A stretch of DNA of 64,000 nt. Source: Octopus sinensis. Taxonomy: Eukaryota. Of this stretch, positions 1-10,961 are shown piece by piece. A program made the translations under genes and the position numbers. Numbering within the stretch: position 1 is the stretch's first letter; each line of letters begins with the position of its first letter. The notes below the pieces were generated by a model. It did not search any database. It was not told where the DNA came from and was given only the letters and a program-made list of their open reading frames with translations. The stretch lies in the NCBI RefSeq assembly GCF_006345805.1, contig NC_043000.1, positions 74,524,001-74,588,000 of the forward strand. The letters are read 5' to 3'.

Positions 1-264
1 GGGAGCTAGCCGGCCTAAAAAAACCATTTATTGCCCCTCTCCCTTCCTTTCTATCTTTCTTCTCACTGATACGAACACAAACACTCACACACACTCACGC
101 GCACACTCATCCACATACACAAACGCACGTGTTCTATGTATACACATACATATACACACACAAGTACACATATTCATACATACATAAGTGTACCGACTTT
201 CACATAAACGTACACATGACTATGTCCACACAAAACCACATATATAAATAGTCCATATATATAC

Positions 265-335
<71 letters not shown>

Positions 336-441
336 TACACGTACGCATATACCTACATATACATACACATATATACTTACACCAGTCGTATACATACCTA
401 CATACACATACATCCATATATATTTATACATATACATACAC

Positions 442-505
<64 letters not shown>

Positions 506-638
506 ATACCATATGTGCATGTGTTTATATATGTGTATGTATATGTATAAATATATATGGATGTATGTGTATGTAGGTATGTATACGACTGGTGTAAGTA
601 TATATGTGTATGTATATGTAGGTATATGCGTACGTGTA

Positions 639-669
<31 letters not shown>

Positions 670-945
670 TTGTGTATATATATGGACTATTTATATATGT
701 GGTTTTGTGTGGACATAGTCATGTGTACGTTTATGTGAAAGTCAGTACACTTATGTATGTATGAATATGTGTACTTGTGTGTGTATATGTATGTGTATAC
801 ATAGAACACGTGCGTTTGTGTATGTGGATGAGTGTGCGCGTGAGTGTGTGTGCGTGTATGAGTGTTTGTGTTCGTATCAGTGGAAAGAAAGATAGAAAGG
901 AAGGAAGAGGGGCAATAAATGGTTTTTTTAGGCCGGCTAGCTCCC
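1..945. repeat. Long imperfect palindrome (arms ~1-506 and ~522-945, ~15-nt spacer) of microsatellite-rich DNA
   Basis: 1-15 gggagctagccggcc is the reverse complement of 931-945; ORF-track translations 174..512(-) and 513..764(+) are nearly identical; arms differ by a few substitutions and (TA)n lengths. Confidence 0.9.
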
Positions 946-1068
946 TCCGGAGGGTCTGACTTCAGTGCCACGGCCTCATAGGTCTAGGTCAAAATAAAAA
1001 TAAAATAAAATAAGGGAAGAAATGGGTGTGTATATGTGTGCATGTATATACATATGTATATGTATGTA

Positions 1069-1121
<53 letters not shown>

Positions 1122-1377
1122 ATATATATGTGTGTATATATATATGTGAGCGTGTGTGTATGGGGGTGTATATTCTTTTTTATATATATATGTGTGTGTA
1201 TATATGTGTGCATGTGCTTGCATGTTGGCATGTATGTGTGTGTGTATTGTATATATATATATATATATATATGTGAGTGTATGGATATATGTATGTGTGT
1301 ATGTATGAGTATGTGTATGGGTGTGTACGTATATGTATGTATATGGCTGCATATATATATATATGTATGTATGTGTG

Positions 1378-1416
<39 letters not shown>

Positions 1417-1615
1417 ATATATATATATATGTATATATATATAAGTGATAGTCTTCTTCTTTATTCTATTTATTCTTTTATCTACTTTATCACTGATTCT
1501 TTTGACTACTCCCCTAAGAAAGACAGTTTGCGCCATGCCTACCCCAAAAAGTCCCCCACCACCACCACTTTAAATCTGCCTAAATGTATAAATGCCAAAA
1601 CTATTCTTGTCACCT

Positions 1616-1666
1616 AGCTTCCTGATGATTTCTTTTGAATGAAACAGTTCTAGTCCTGTAGAAGCT
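1616..1666 (+). ncRNA. Minimal type-I hammerhead ribozyme, probably in a Penelope-like pseudo-LTR remnant
   Basis: agcttc-CTGATGA-t(ttc tttt gaa)t-GAAA-cag ttctagtc ctg-TA-gaagct: 6-bp stem I, intact core, GUA cleavage triplet; followed by aataaa/poly(A). Confidence 0.8.
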
Positions 1667-1734
1667 CCTTCTATAAAATAAAAAAAAAAAAAATAAAAAA
1701 AAAAAAAAATATATATATATATATCATACATACA

Positions 1735-1848
<114 letters not shown>

Positions 1849-2023
1849 ATGTATATGTATGCATACATGCAGTAGGACTGAATCTGGAACCATGTGGTTG
1901 AACAGCATATTTCTTACCACACAGCTACATAAGCACACAAACACATATTATAAACACCAGCACTCATACATAACACACATAGTTATATAATCATCTATGG
2001 AAAATCAAAACAATGGGAGAAAC

Positions 2024-2317
2024 TGTAGTGTGTGCGCGATTTGAATATAGAGGCACCTACCTTCTCTTCTTAGTGACGGAGACCCTCCAGTGGTGACTAG
2101 TCCTTCCACACAGCCCCGACCCGAACCCTAACAATAGCAGCTGCTAGCCCAAACCCTTAGCGACGTCCTCACACGTCTTGTCACCTGCACGACACATGTT
2201 GGAAAGGGGGCAATTCCCCGCTCCCTGCGCACGCCTGACGGCTGACCCCTTCCAGTTGCCCCAGCTTCCGGTCAACGCACCCGGCTGCTGACGTCCAGCT
2301 GCTGACGTCATCCCACA
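2024..2317 (-). repeat. 3' LTR of element A
   Basis: Direct repeat of 5063-5339 with about 13 substitutions and one 17-bp indel; purine-rich tract agggtggcg adjacent at 2318-2326 on the minus strand. Confidence 0.95.
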
Positions 2318-2330
2318 CGCCACCCTGATC

Positions 2331-4839
2331 TTAAAGATCACAATCTCTCCGCTCCATGTTGTAGTCCACCATCCAACCGGGAGAGCGCCTTGCTCGTCGA
2401 GATCTTCTCAAGCTGGGCTCCTCGTTCTCCCCCTCGCCAGAATCATCGTCCGTCGAAGCGACAATCCTGCAAGGGTCCAAGACGTGTCGTGGTGTTCCAT
2501 CTACGGACACGTTGTTTCTGGAACTGATCGCCGTCACCGTCCCTCTGCTCCATTGAGATGTACAGCGCGCCTTTGGTGGCTTGACCCAGACTTCCTCCCC
2601 TATTTTCATGCGAACGGGTCCCTTCTCTTCCTCGTGACCCTCCGGCGCTTTGCTCAGGTGCCTCCATTCATATTTGAACACAGCTCTCTGCGGCACAGAT
2701 TCCTCAGCCTGTCCGGATCGGGGAGACAAGTTGTACCAAAAAACTGCTTCAAGCGGCGAAATGTGCCCTCTTTCCGCTATGGCCTTGACAGTCCGATGGT
2801 GCCTCTCCACTATCCCATTACCACTCAGCCTATATGCTGCTCTGAACAAGCGTCGCACATTCCACCGATCAAGCATAACCCTCAATGCTTCCGAACGAAA
2901 CGCCGCCCCGTTGTCCATCAGTAGTTCTTCCACGGGACCTCTCTCTAAAAATATCCCGTTCAGGATCTGCGCGATCTCGTCAGCAATGCCCGATCTCAAC
3001 TCCCTCCAAATGGCCAGCCGGCCCGGCCCGCAGTCGACCATGGAGAGGTACATTCACTGACGGTAGTGTTTCACATCCACAGCTAGCCTTTTCCAGTTCT
3101 CCTCCACGGAAAGGCTTCCCTGTTCATGCCCACACGGAAAGGGTCGATAGACTGACACCTGTCGCAGCTCCCGACCACCTTCCGGACGCTTCTCCTAGTG
3201 ACGTCAGCATCAATTTTTTTCGGCAGATACAGGGTCCTGTCCACACCCAGGTAATGCATAGCATGCAGTTTCTTCAGTTCAGAGTCATCCAACCGACACG
3301 CGCAGCTATCCCTTTCCGGGCCTCCTCCGGTTCTTCCAACCACGCTCTTTTCACCCTGGTTAGTACGTCCGCCCTGTTTTTCTCCGAAGGCTCGAAAACC
3401 ACGTTCAGCTTCAGTCCAAACTCGGCGATCAATTCACCTAGAACTCCTAGACGGCGCTTCACTAACATCTCCGCAGCACCTTTCGTCCGCACTCTCCTGT
3501 CACCGGTGATCACCGATCCTACCCAGCCAAGCACAGTGGCCGAATCCGTCCGGATTTCAATCGTGCGCAGTCCCCATTTCAAGGCCAAGTTCACCCCTTT
3601 CAGCAGCGCGTCTAATTCGGCAACATTGATGTGGTTGAAATCATCTGCTTTCCGAAGCCAGGCCGCGTCCTCCACCGCAGTGCCTTCGATTGCCAACACC
3701 ACCCCTATCGCTATACTGCTAGCATCACACCAGACGGTCCTGCATTTTGTCTTGGGCACGTACCAGTTCCCCCTGACCGGATCTTCCGCTCTTGTCCTCT
3801 CCAGGATTTCCTGCATCATCGCCACCGTCCCTTCTCCCACCTTGTCGCCCCACCTCTCTCCTTCTGCTCGTCTCTTGGTGTAACTACACGCCGTGTGCAG
3901 CCATCCAGCGATCGGATAGTGACCGACCAACTTCCCACACACCGAGAACAGCTCTCTCCTGCTGACGCTGGAACTCAGCTCTGGGATTTCATTTCCTCTC
4001 CGGAACACCAATTCACCTGATCCATCTCTTCACAGCTTCAGCCCCAGCGCGGATCCCCCTTCAATCGAGTCCGGTGGCTTAGCAATCAGTCCGAACTTCT
4101 CCAGATGTCTAACTACCTCGTCGGCTGGCACTACAGTTTCGTCCACCAAAATGTCGTCAATGTAGGAGCTGGTGGCCTTTCTAATCTTGCCGTCTTTCCC
4201 TAGGACGGACCTAAGCACTGCCGCCATGATCTTCGGAGCGGAATTCAGCCCGAAACCCAGCCTGGTTAGACAGTACGTCCGGCCCTTATACCGCACCAGC
4301 TGATATCGCCACAGTTTGTCGCTCACATGGAGCTGCAAGTATGCCGATCTCAAGTCGACAATCGTCGCTGCCTCAGTCGACTGTCTCCACTTACGTAATG
4401 CCTCGCCACAAACGTTTGTCGCCTCACCTACCGTGTGACACGATATGTGCTGGTTTAGCTCCCTGAAGTCCAGCACCGGTCTGACTTTTCCCTTCGTAGG
4501 CTGCACCACCCCCATCAGGGGTAGCACTCTGCCCGCTACCTCCTCCTTCCAAGGGACAAGGACCCCTTCCTCGATCCACCTCTCCACCTTGTCTTCAAAC
4601 TCGACCCTGGCGTGGCCTTTCAGGGTATGCTGGTAACAGCTCACCCTGTTCTCCAGTGTAGGGGGCTCATCCTTCCATCGCCTCTCTATCGTCCACCGCT
4701 GACCATCGAACGCCACCTGAAAGTCTTTGTCCTCGATGGTGTAAGCGGCGCAGTCCCTCGCGGGGCTCTGCTCTCTCTGGCGATCCTGACTCGCAGTGCA
4801 CGACACCCCCATGCTTCCGAACATGACCTCATTTCCCAC
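2331..4839 (-). pseudogene. pol: Disrupted pol (RT-RNase H-integrase) of element A
   Basis: Motifs RPVLDFRELN, SSYIDD, WCDASS/HINVAEL, LLMDNG, NGIVERHHRTVK, split over four ORFs by frameshifts. Confidence 0.93.
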
Positions 4840-5050
4840 AACACTGACGCCACCGAGGCAGTTGATGGCATCACCACATCAACTCCATCTATCATGCGTT
4901 CGGCCACAATTGCCTGCAGCCTTGCCACCAGCCTGATTTTGCGAATCCAGGCCACTACATCGCCTTCGCCATTAAAAGGTCTGACGGCGTCACTGGCGAT
5001 CCTAATTTTTGCAGACATCGTGTTGAAAAAAATGTAAATGTTTAAGAACA

Positions 5051-5062
5051 GCCGAAATAGCT
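5051..5062 (-). promoter_or_regulatory. Putative primer-binding site of A, complementary to tRNA-Phe nt 1-12
   Basis: Plus strand gccgaaatagct abuts the LTR; identical to the 5' end of metazoan tRNA-Phe(GAA). Confidence 0.75.
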
Positions 5063-5339
5063 TGTAGTGTGTGCGCGATTTGAATATAGAGGCACCTACC
5101 TTCTCTTCTTAGTAACGGAAACCCTCCAATGGTGACTAGTCCTTCCACACAGCCCCGACCCAAACACTAACGATAGCAGCTGCTAGCCCAAACCCTTAGC
5201 GACATCCTCACATGTCTTGTCACCTGCATGACCCATGTTGGAAAGGGCGCAATTCCCCGCTCCCTGCGCACGCCTGACGGCTAACCCCTTCCGGTTGCCC
5301 CAGCTTCCGGTCAACGCCAGCTGCTGACGTCATCCCACA
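5063..5339 (-). repeat. 5' LTR of element A
   Basis: Direct repeat of 2024-2317, TG...CA termini, TSD follows. Confidence 0.95.
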
Positions 5340-5482
5340 GAAACCACTGATAAATGTCAGTAGTTGAATAAATATTCATACACAGAATTGAAGCACTTGA
5401 ACAATGAGATATGGTTGTAACATCTTTGTTGAAAATATTGGTCAGCCCTGACCTACAGTAGAAGACACTTGCTCAAAGTGCC

Positions 5483-5514
<32 letters not shown>

Positions 5515-5566
5515 AACTTTTATCCTTCAATTATTTTAGTCATTAGATTGTGGCGATACTACCTCA

Positions 5567-5724
5567 AAAGGTTGGCGTTAGGAAGGGCATCCAGCTGTAG
5601 AAACATTGCCAGATAAGACTGGAGCCTGGTGCAGCCTTCTGGCTTCCCAGATCCCCGGTCGAACCGTCCAACCCATGCTAGCATGGAGAACGGACGTTAA
5701 ACGATGATGATGATGATGATGATG
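5567..5724 (+). mobile_element. RTE-type LINE/SINE 3' tail ending in (GAT)n
   Basis: Same tail as RTE copies at 59260 and 62877 (gtccaacccatgctagcatgga...ggacgttaaacgatgatg). Confidence 0.8.
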
Positions 5725-5725
5725 A

Positions 5726-5986
5726 ATCAACCCCAGTACTTTTTTTAAGCCTATTGATCACTTTTGCTGGTTACAGGGATGTAAAACAGTGGTGGAGTAC
5801 AAAGACACAAAGACACACACACAAATAGATATGCATACAACAGAGTTCTTTCAGTTTCCATCAATCAAATCCACTTACATAGCTTTGGTCAGCTTGGAGC
5901 TATAGTAGAAGATACCCAATGTGTCATGCAGTAGGACTGAATAAGGAACCATGTGGTTGAACAGCATACTTCTTACCACACAGCCA
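5726..5986 (-). mobile_element. tRNA-derived SINE, decayed
   Basis: Reverse complement of the family seen at ~26500-26880 (gtggctgtgtggtaag head). Confidence 0.7.
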
Positions 5987-6864
5987 CATAACCACATAAA
6001 CACATATTATAAACACCTGCACTCATACATACACACACATAGTTATATAATCATCTATGCATCTGTATACATATACATATGTGTGTGTATGCATGTCTGT
6101 GTGAATGTGAGTGCATGTGAATATGTTATCCTTCACTTGGAAAAAGAAATAAGGGTGTCAGGAAGGGCAACCATAGAAAAATGGACTAAAATGAAAGAAA
6201 GGAAAAAAATCGAAAAATATAAATATCTACTATAATACTTTTGTGGTTTTCTCCATCACAACATATGAATAAGGAAGGAAGGGGTGATGGCAAATAATCA
6301 GACAGCGTTTCAACTCTGTGTGAGTATATGTTTGTGTGTGTGAAACGGAGGTATGTGAATGTTTATGTGTGCTTTGTGTGTGTGTATGTGCGTGTGTGTG
6401 TGTGCGTTTGCCTGTGTGTGTGTGTGTGTGTGTGTGTGCAATGGAAGTGGGATGGTGAACATTCAACACTGAAAAGAAAAATCAAACAGCATTTCAACTT
6501 TGTGTGAGTATATGTGTGTATGTATGTGCATGTACAAGGGAATTATTTGAATGTTTGTATGTGTGAACCAGCGATCTTTAAGTCACAAATGATGATCAAT
6601 GTAACATCTCAAAAGACAACCGCCAGATAATATTGACAAGTATATTAATTTGATTTACCATCCATATTCTATCTGTTTTGTTAAAGATAATTATTACAAT
6701 CACACATACTTACACAAACATATACATATACAAACTCATTAGAGAAAATAATTATTGCCTTAGTGTATCAAGAACATAAGATGGCTGCAGTTGAAAGGTA
6801 TATTATGAATACACATCTTAATTTAACAGTTTATATATGTCCCTAATTTATTTATATTAAGAAA

Positions 6865-8460
6865 TTTTTACCATCCCACTGCCGAGACACCTTTGGGAAG
6901 AAGTTCCCTTCAGTCCTCTTTGGTCTCTACAGAGATGACGCTCTGGCCATCTCTAGAGGAGCCAACAGGCCCACACTTGATAGACTTGAATTTGTGCCCT
7001 AGGTTTCATGTGACTCAAAATTACTATCAAGATTAACCTTACCACTATAGACGTCCATGATGTCACTCTAGACTTGGGCTCTGGTACATACAGGCCCTAC
7101 CACAAGGCTGTCCTACATCAACACAGCTTTCTGCTTCACCTCTATCATATTCAAGAACCCAGAGAGGGTTGTCAGCAAGAGGATCACAAATCTATCCTCA
7201 AGACAAAAAAATTTCAATGCTGCAGCCCCCTACTACAATGAGGCACTGGTGTCCAGTGGGTTTAAGGACTCACAAAAGGAAGCATTGCTTGAATGTCATT
7301 TGGTTTGCCCACCCTTCTCATTCAACGTCAAAATTTGTGTGGTAAGTATATTCCTCAGGTTAGTAGACAAATACTTCACATAGACACACTGGTACAGACT
7401 TTTGTTCAGTAGGCACAACCTAAGGCTCTCCTTTAGTGCACTCAACATGAAAAGTATTTTAGCAAACACCTATAAAATGTGGGATGAGGCTGGTTGCTCT
7501 CACAGGGATTACAATGACCGACTTGTGGAGGTGGGGTAATGCAAGGGTAATGGAGTCATTTATGAGGCTGTGGTAATACCCGGACCTAGCGATCATAGTA
7601 ATAGAAGCTGTGGATCATCCAACAACAGTGACGGCAATGGCAGCAATGACAGTGGCAGAAATGCCACATAACCATCGGTAATAGCAGTGTGAACACTATG
7701 GCCTGGGATGACCACTACAATGACAAAAGCTGCAGCAATATTGCCAGACCCATACCTTGTAATGATAACAGCATCAATGGCAGCTCCAGCAATACCAGTG
7801 GCAACAACATCTGACCAAGAACCAACTGAAAATATGCAAGAAATGTGAACACTCAAGCCTGAAAATATATCAGGCCAGTTGGGACTGCCTTCAAGTGGCA
7901 CCTGTGCAACAACAGGTCCTCTTTCAGGTTTCTGAAAAGACAGTTTGTCATATCCCTGGCAAGCCTCAAAGATGAAGGAACCTCATATGATATCAAGTAC
8001 AGGATCATAGAGTGACTGGTATCCGATATTAATGGGAGTGGACACTTGCAAGCTTTGCATAGCTGAGCAAGCAAGGATCCTCAATGACTCCCTGAAACCA
8101 GGATTACTGAACTCTCACCAAGAAATTTACAGTCCCTTCCTCCGTTTCAAGCATTACCTGCTGCAAGCATGGGATTTCCTATTTATTGATTAGATCCAGA
8201 AAGGTCCTTATGAACTAAAAGCAGCCTAAGGGTGTAATTCCCTGTTCACCCCTCTTTTGGCCCATATGAACTGGTCTAAGGGATATTAACCCCTCCTCAC
8301 CAACCCATATTGTTTATTCTTTGTTCACTTACTAACCGACTAACCATAACAGATTCCTGCTTCCTGGAGTTGAAGAGTTATATGTCTTCAGCTTTAGAGT
8401 CTGACAAGCCATCCATGGGGCTAGGCCCTTTATGGATATGAAACCATTGATCACTCTATG
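6865..8460 (+). mobile_element. Decayed Penelope-like element (RT C-terminus, GIY-YIG C-terminus, pseudo-LTR)
   Basis: Translatable pieces GLYRDDAL, DVTLDL, APYYNEAL..SGF, WF..PFS, CKLCIAE, LLNS..EI; hammerhead motif at the 3' end. Confidence 0.85.
8395..8458 (+). ncRNA. Degenerate type-I hammerhead ribozyme
   Basis: tagagt-CTGACAA-(atccat...atggat stem II)-GAAA-ccattga-TC-actcta: perfect 6-bp stem I, but G8 mutated to A and a mismatch in stem III. Confidence 0.65.
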
Positions 8461-8526
8461 ACTGGACATAGACTTAACTGCATATAACTACATTACTGCT
8501 TTATGCTTTAGAGTGTGCTTCTTTTT

Positions 8527-8567
<41 letters not shown>

Positions 8568-8588
8568 TATATATGTAAGTATATATAT

Positions 8589-8673
<85 letters not shown>

Positions 8674-8694
8674 ATATATATACATTATTTATTA

Positions 8695-9110
8695 TCAATA
8701 TCTATAAATTTGAAAGGCGAAAAGTTTGTTTGTCTGGTTTTGGCATTGGAACGTGTTAAAGGGAACTAGATCCCGTTGGATTGACTCCAAAATTTACAGG
8801 GACATGTAAAATGAGGTGAGGATGTAAGTGGGCTAGCTTAGAAATCCCTATCTTAAAAGATGTGGTTACCAGGGCAAAGAACGCACACTTTGACAAGTCC
8901 TCTTTCATTCTCTTATCTGCATGTCTTCCTCTGTCTCTCTCTGTTTCCTCCCTTCCCATCACCTTCTCTCTATAACGTCGCTTGACAGCATCTACTATCT
9001 TTCCCCCGTCACCTTCGCCAGTGCTGTCACTCTCTCTCTCTCTCTACGTCTGTCTGCATTCATAGAGAGAATTATCATCGCCACAACCACCACACAATCA
9101 TGAGAACAAA
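8695..9110 (+). mobile_element. Non-autonomous Helitron-like element, 5' part
   Basis: Homologous to 10346-10600 (ctagatcccg...gactccaaaatttacagggac); TC-TATA start. Confidence 0.6.
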
Positions 9111-9367
9111 TATTATGAATCAGATATTTATTGGGTTAATTTATATATGTGTGTGTGTGTGTGTGTTCTATATATAAATATATATATATATAATGTATAT
9201 ATACAAAGTGTATATATCTGTATTTATATATTATATATGTATAATTTTAATCCAAACGGGAAAACAGAAAAAACAACAACACGTGGAACAATTACAGTAT
9301 TATTATTAATAGGCGCTCAGGAAAAGATGGAAGCAGGAAGGTATGACGTTTCGAGCGGAGCTCTTCG

Positions 9368-9430
<63 letters not shown>

Positions 9431-9496
9431 TTGTATACATTTGTATATATAATGCATACACACACACACACACATATATAATGCGTATATATGTAC

Positions 9497-9564
<68 letters not shown>

Positions 9565-9619
9565 TTATTATATATATATATTATATATATATATATATAT
9601 GTATATAATGTGTGCATTA

Positions 9620-10947
9620 TGTGATCGGTTGAGCTAAAAATATGCACACCTATGTTAAAAGTGCTGGCAAGTTTGCATGACAACTATTTTTTTCCTCAAA
9701 TGACCTCTAGGACAAAATTCCTCATCTTATAAAATGTGGCCCAAGTAGATCCGAATGAAATCGGGTTATATTAACCAAAATGTGAAAAGGGGTCTAAATG
9801 GGGCTGGAAAGGGATTAAAATTTACAGGAGTGGGTGTTTAGGAATTTTCTTTTACATCAAGTTCAAAATTTTACGCCAGCCGTTAAACTGCCACTACGTT
9901 GCTGTCCGTCATTAAGAAATAACAGCCATGGTGGCTCTACTATCCTCAGACTTTATCCCTTCAAACTTTGGTTTCCAATATTTTATTTTCAGCTTGCAAG
10001 TTCATCTGTCCCTTTTAAATGTTAGTGTTTTGCTGTCTGCTTTGAAGCAGACCTTTCCGTTGTCACTGCCTGATATTTATGATTGATCTTTCAAACTACT
10101 TTCTTTCTCAACTTACTCAAGATCTTTTGTTGTTTATAAATGGGAGAGAGATAGATAGAGAAAGATAGAGAGTAAGAGAAAGCGAGGGAAAGTCCGAGAG
10201 AAATGAAGAGTAAGAGAGTGGGAAAGTGAGAGAGAAAAGAGAGAGAAACAAAGGGGGAGAATGTGGTGATAAGAAACAGAAAGGAAGCAACAGAAAGTAA
10301 CAACCACAACCTCACCTGCGCATAGAGCGGGTCACCTTAAGCTAGTCTCTATATTATAATTCTGAAATGCAAAAAGTTTGTCTGGTTTTGATTGGAATGG
10401 GCCACTAGATCCCGTCAGATTGACTCCAAAATTTACAGGGACAATGTAAATTGAGGTGAGGATGGGAGTGGGCTAGGTTAGAAATCCCTATCTTAAAAGG
10501 TGTGGTTACTAGGGTGAAAAACGCACACTTTGCCAAGTCTCCTCTCATTCTTTTATGTATCTGTCTTCCTCTGTTTCTCTCTCTTTCCTCCCTTCTCTTC
10601 ACTTTCAGCTCGCAAGTTCGTCTGTCCCTTTTAAATGTTAGTGTTTTGCTGTCTGCCTTGAAGCAGACCTTTCTATTGTCACTGCCTGATATTTATGATT
10701 GATCTTTCAAACTACTTTCTTTCTCAACTTACTCAAGATCTTTTGTTGTTTATAAATGGGAGAGAGATAGATAGAGAAAGATAGAGAGTAAGAGAAAGCA
10801 AGGGAGAGTCTGAGAGAAATGAAGAGTAAGAGAGTGGGAAAGTGAGAGAGAAAGGAGAGAGAAACAAAGAGGGAAAATGTGGTGATAAAACGCAGAAAGT
10901 AACAACCACACTCTTACCCATGCATAGAGCAGGTCACCTTAAGCTAG
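9620..10947 (+). mobile_element. Two head-to-tail Helitron-like units (..10345 and 10346-10947)
   Basis: Both end gtcaccttaagCTAG-t; the second starts TCtctatattataa; ~350 bp of 3' sequence is duplicated. Confidence 0.7.
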
Positions 10948-10961
10948 TATATATATAAATA

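Larger units (their letters stand above)
2024..5339 (-). mobile_element. Ty3/Gypsy-type LTR retrotransposon A, internally deleted (most of gag and protease missing) and frameshifted
   Basis: TG...CA LTRs at 2024-2317 and 5063-5339; 5-bp TSD GAAAC (2019-2023, 5340-5344); RT (YIDD), RNase H and integrase fragments in ORFs 4030..4839, 3274..4011, 3083..3343, 2331..3053. Confidence 0.97.

Noticed and set aside
2484-4020. Long plus-strand ORFs opposite pol of A (and 42459-45426 opposite pol of B)
   Set aside because: Antisense shadows of GC-rich coding sequence; no recognisable motifs and different breakpoints in A and B.
9346-9367. Hammerhead-like 3' half on the minus strand (cgaagagctccgctcGAAAcgtcaTA)
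   Set aside because: The CUGANGA half is replaced by (TA)n, so it is at most a truncated remnant.
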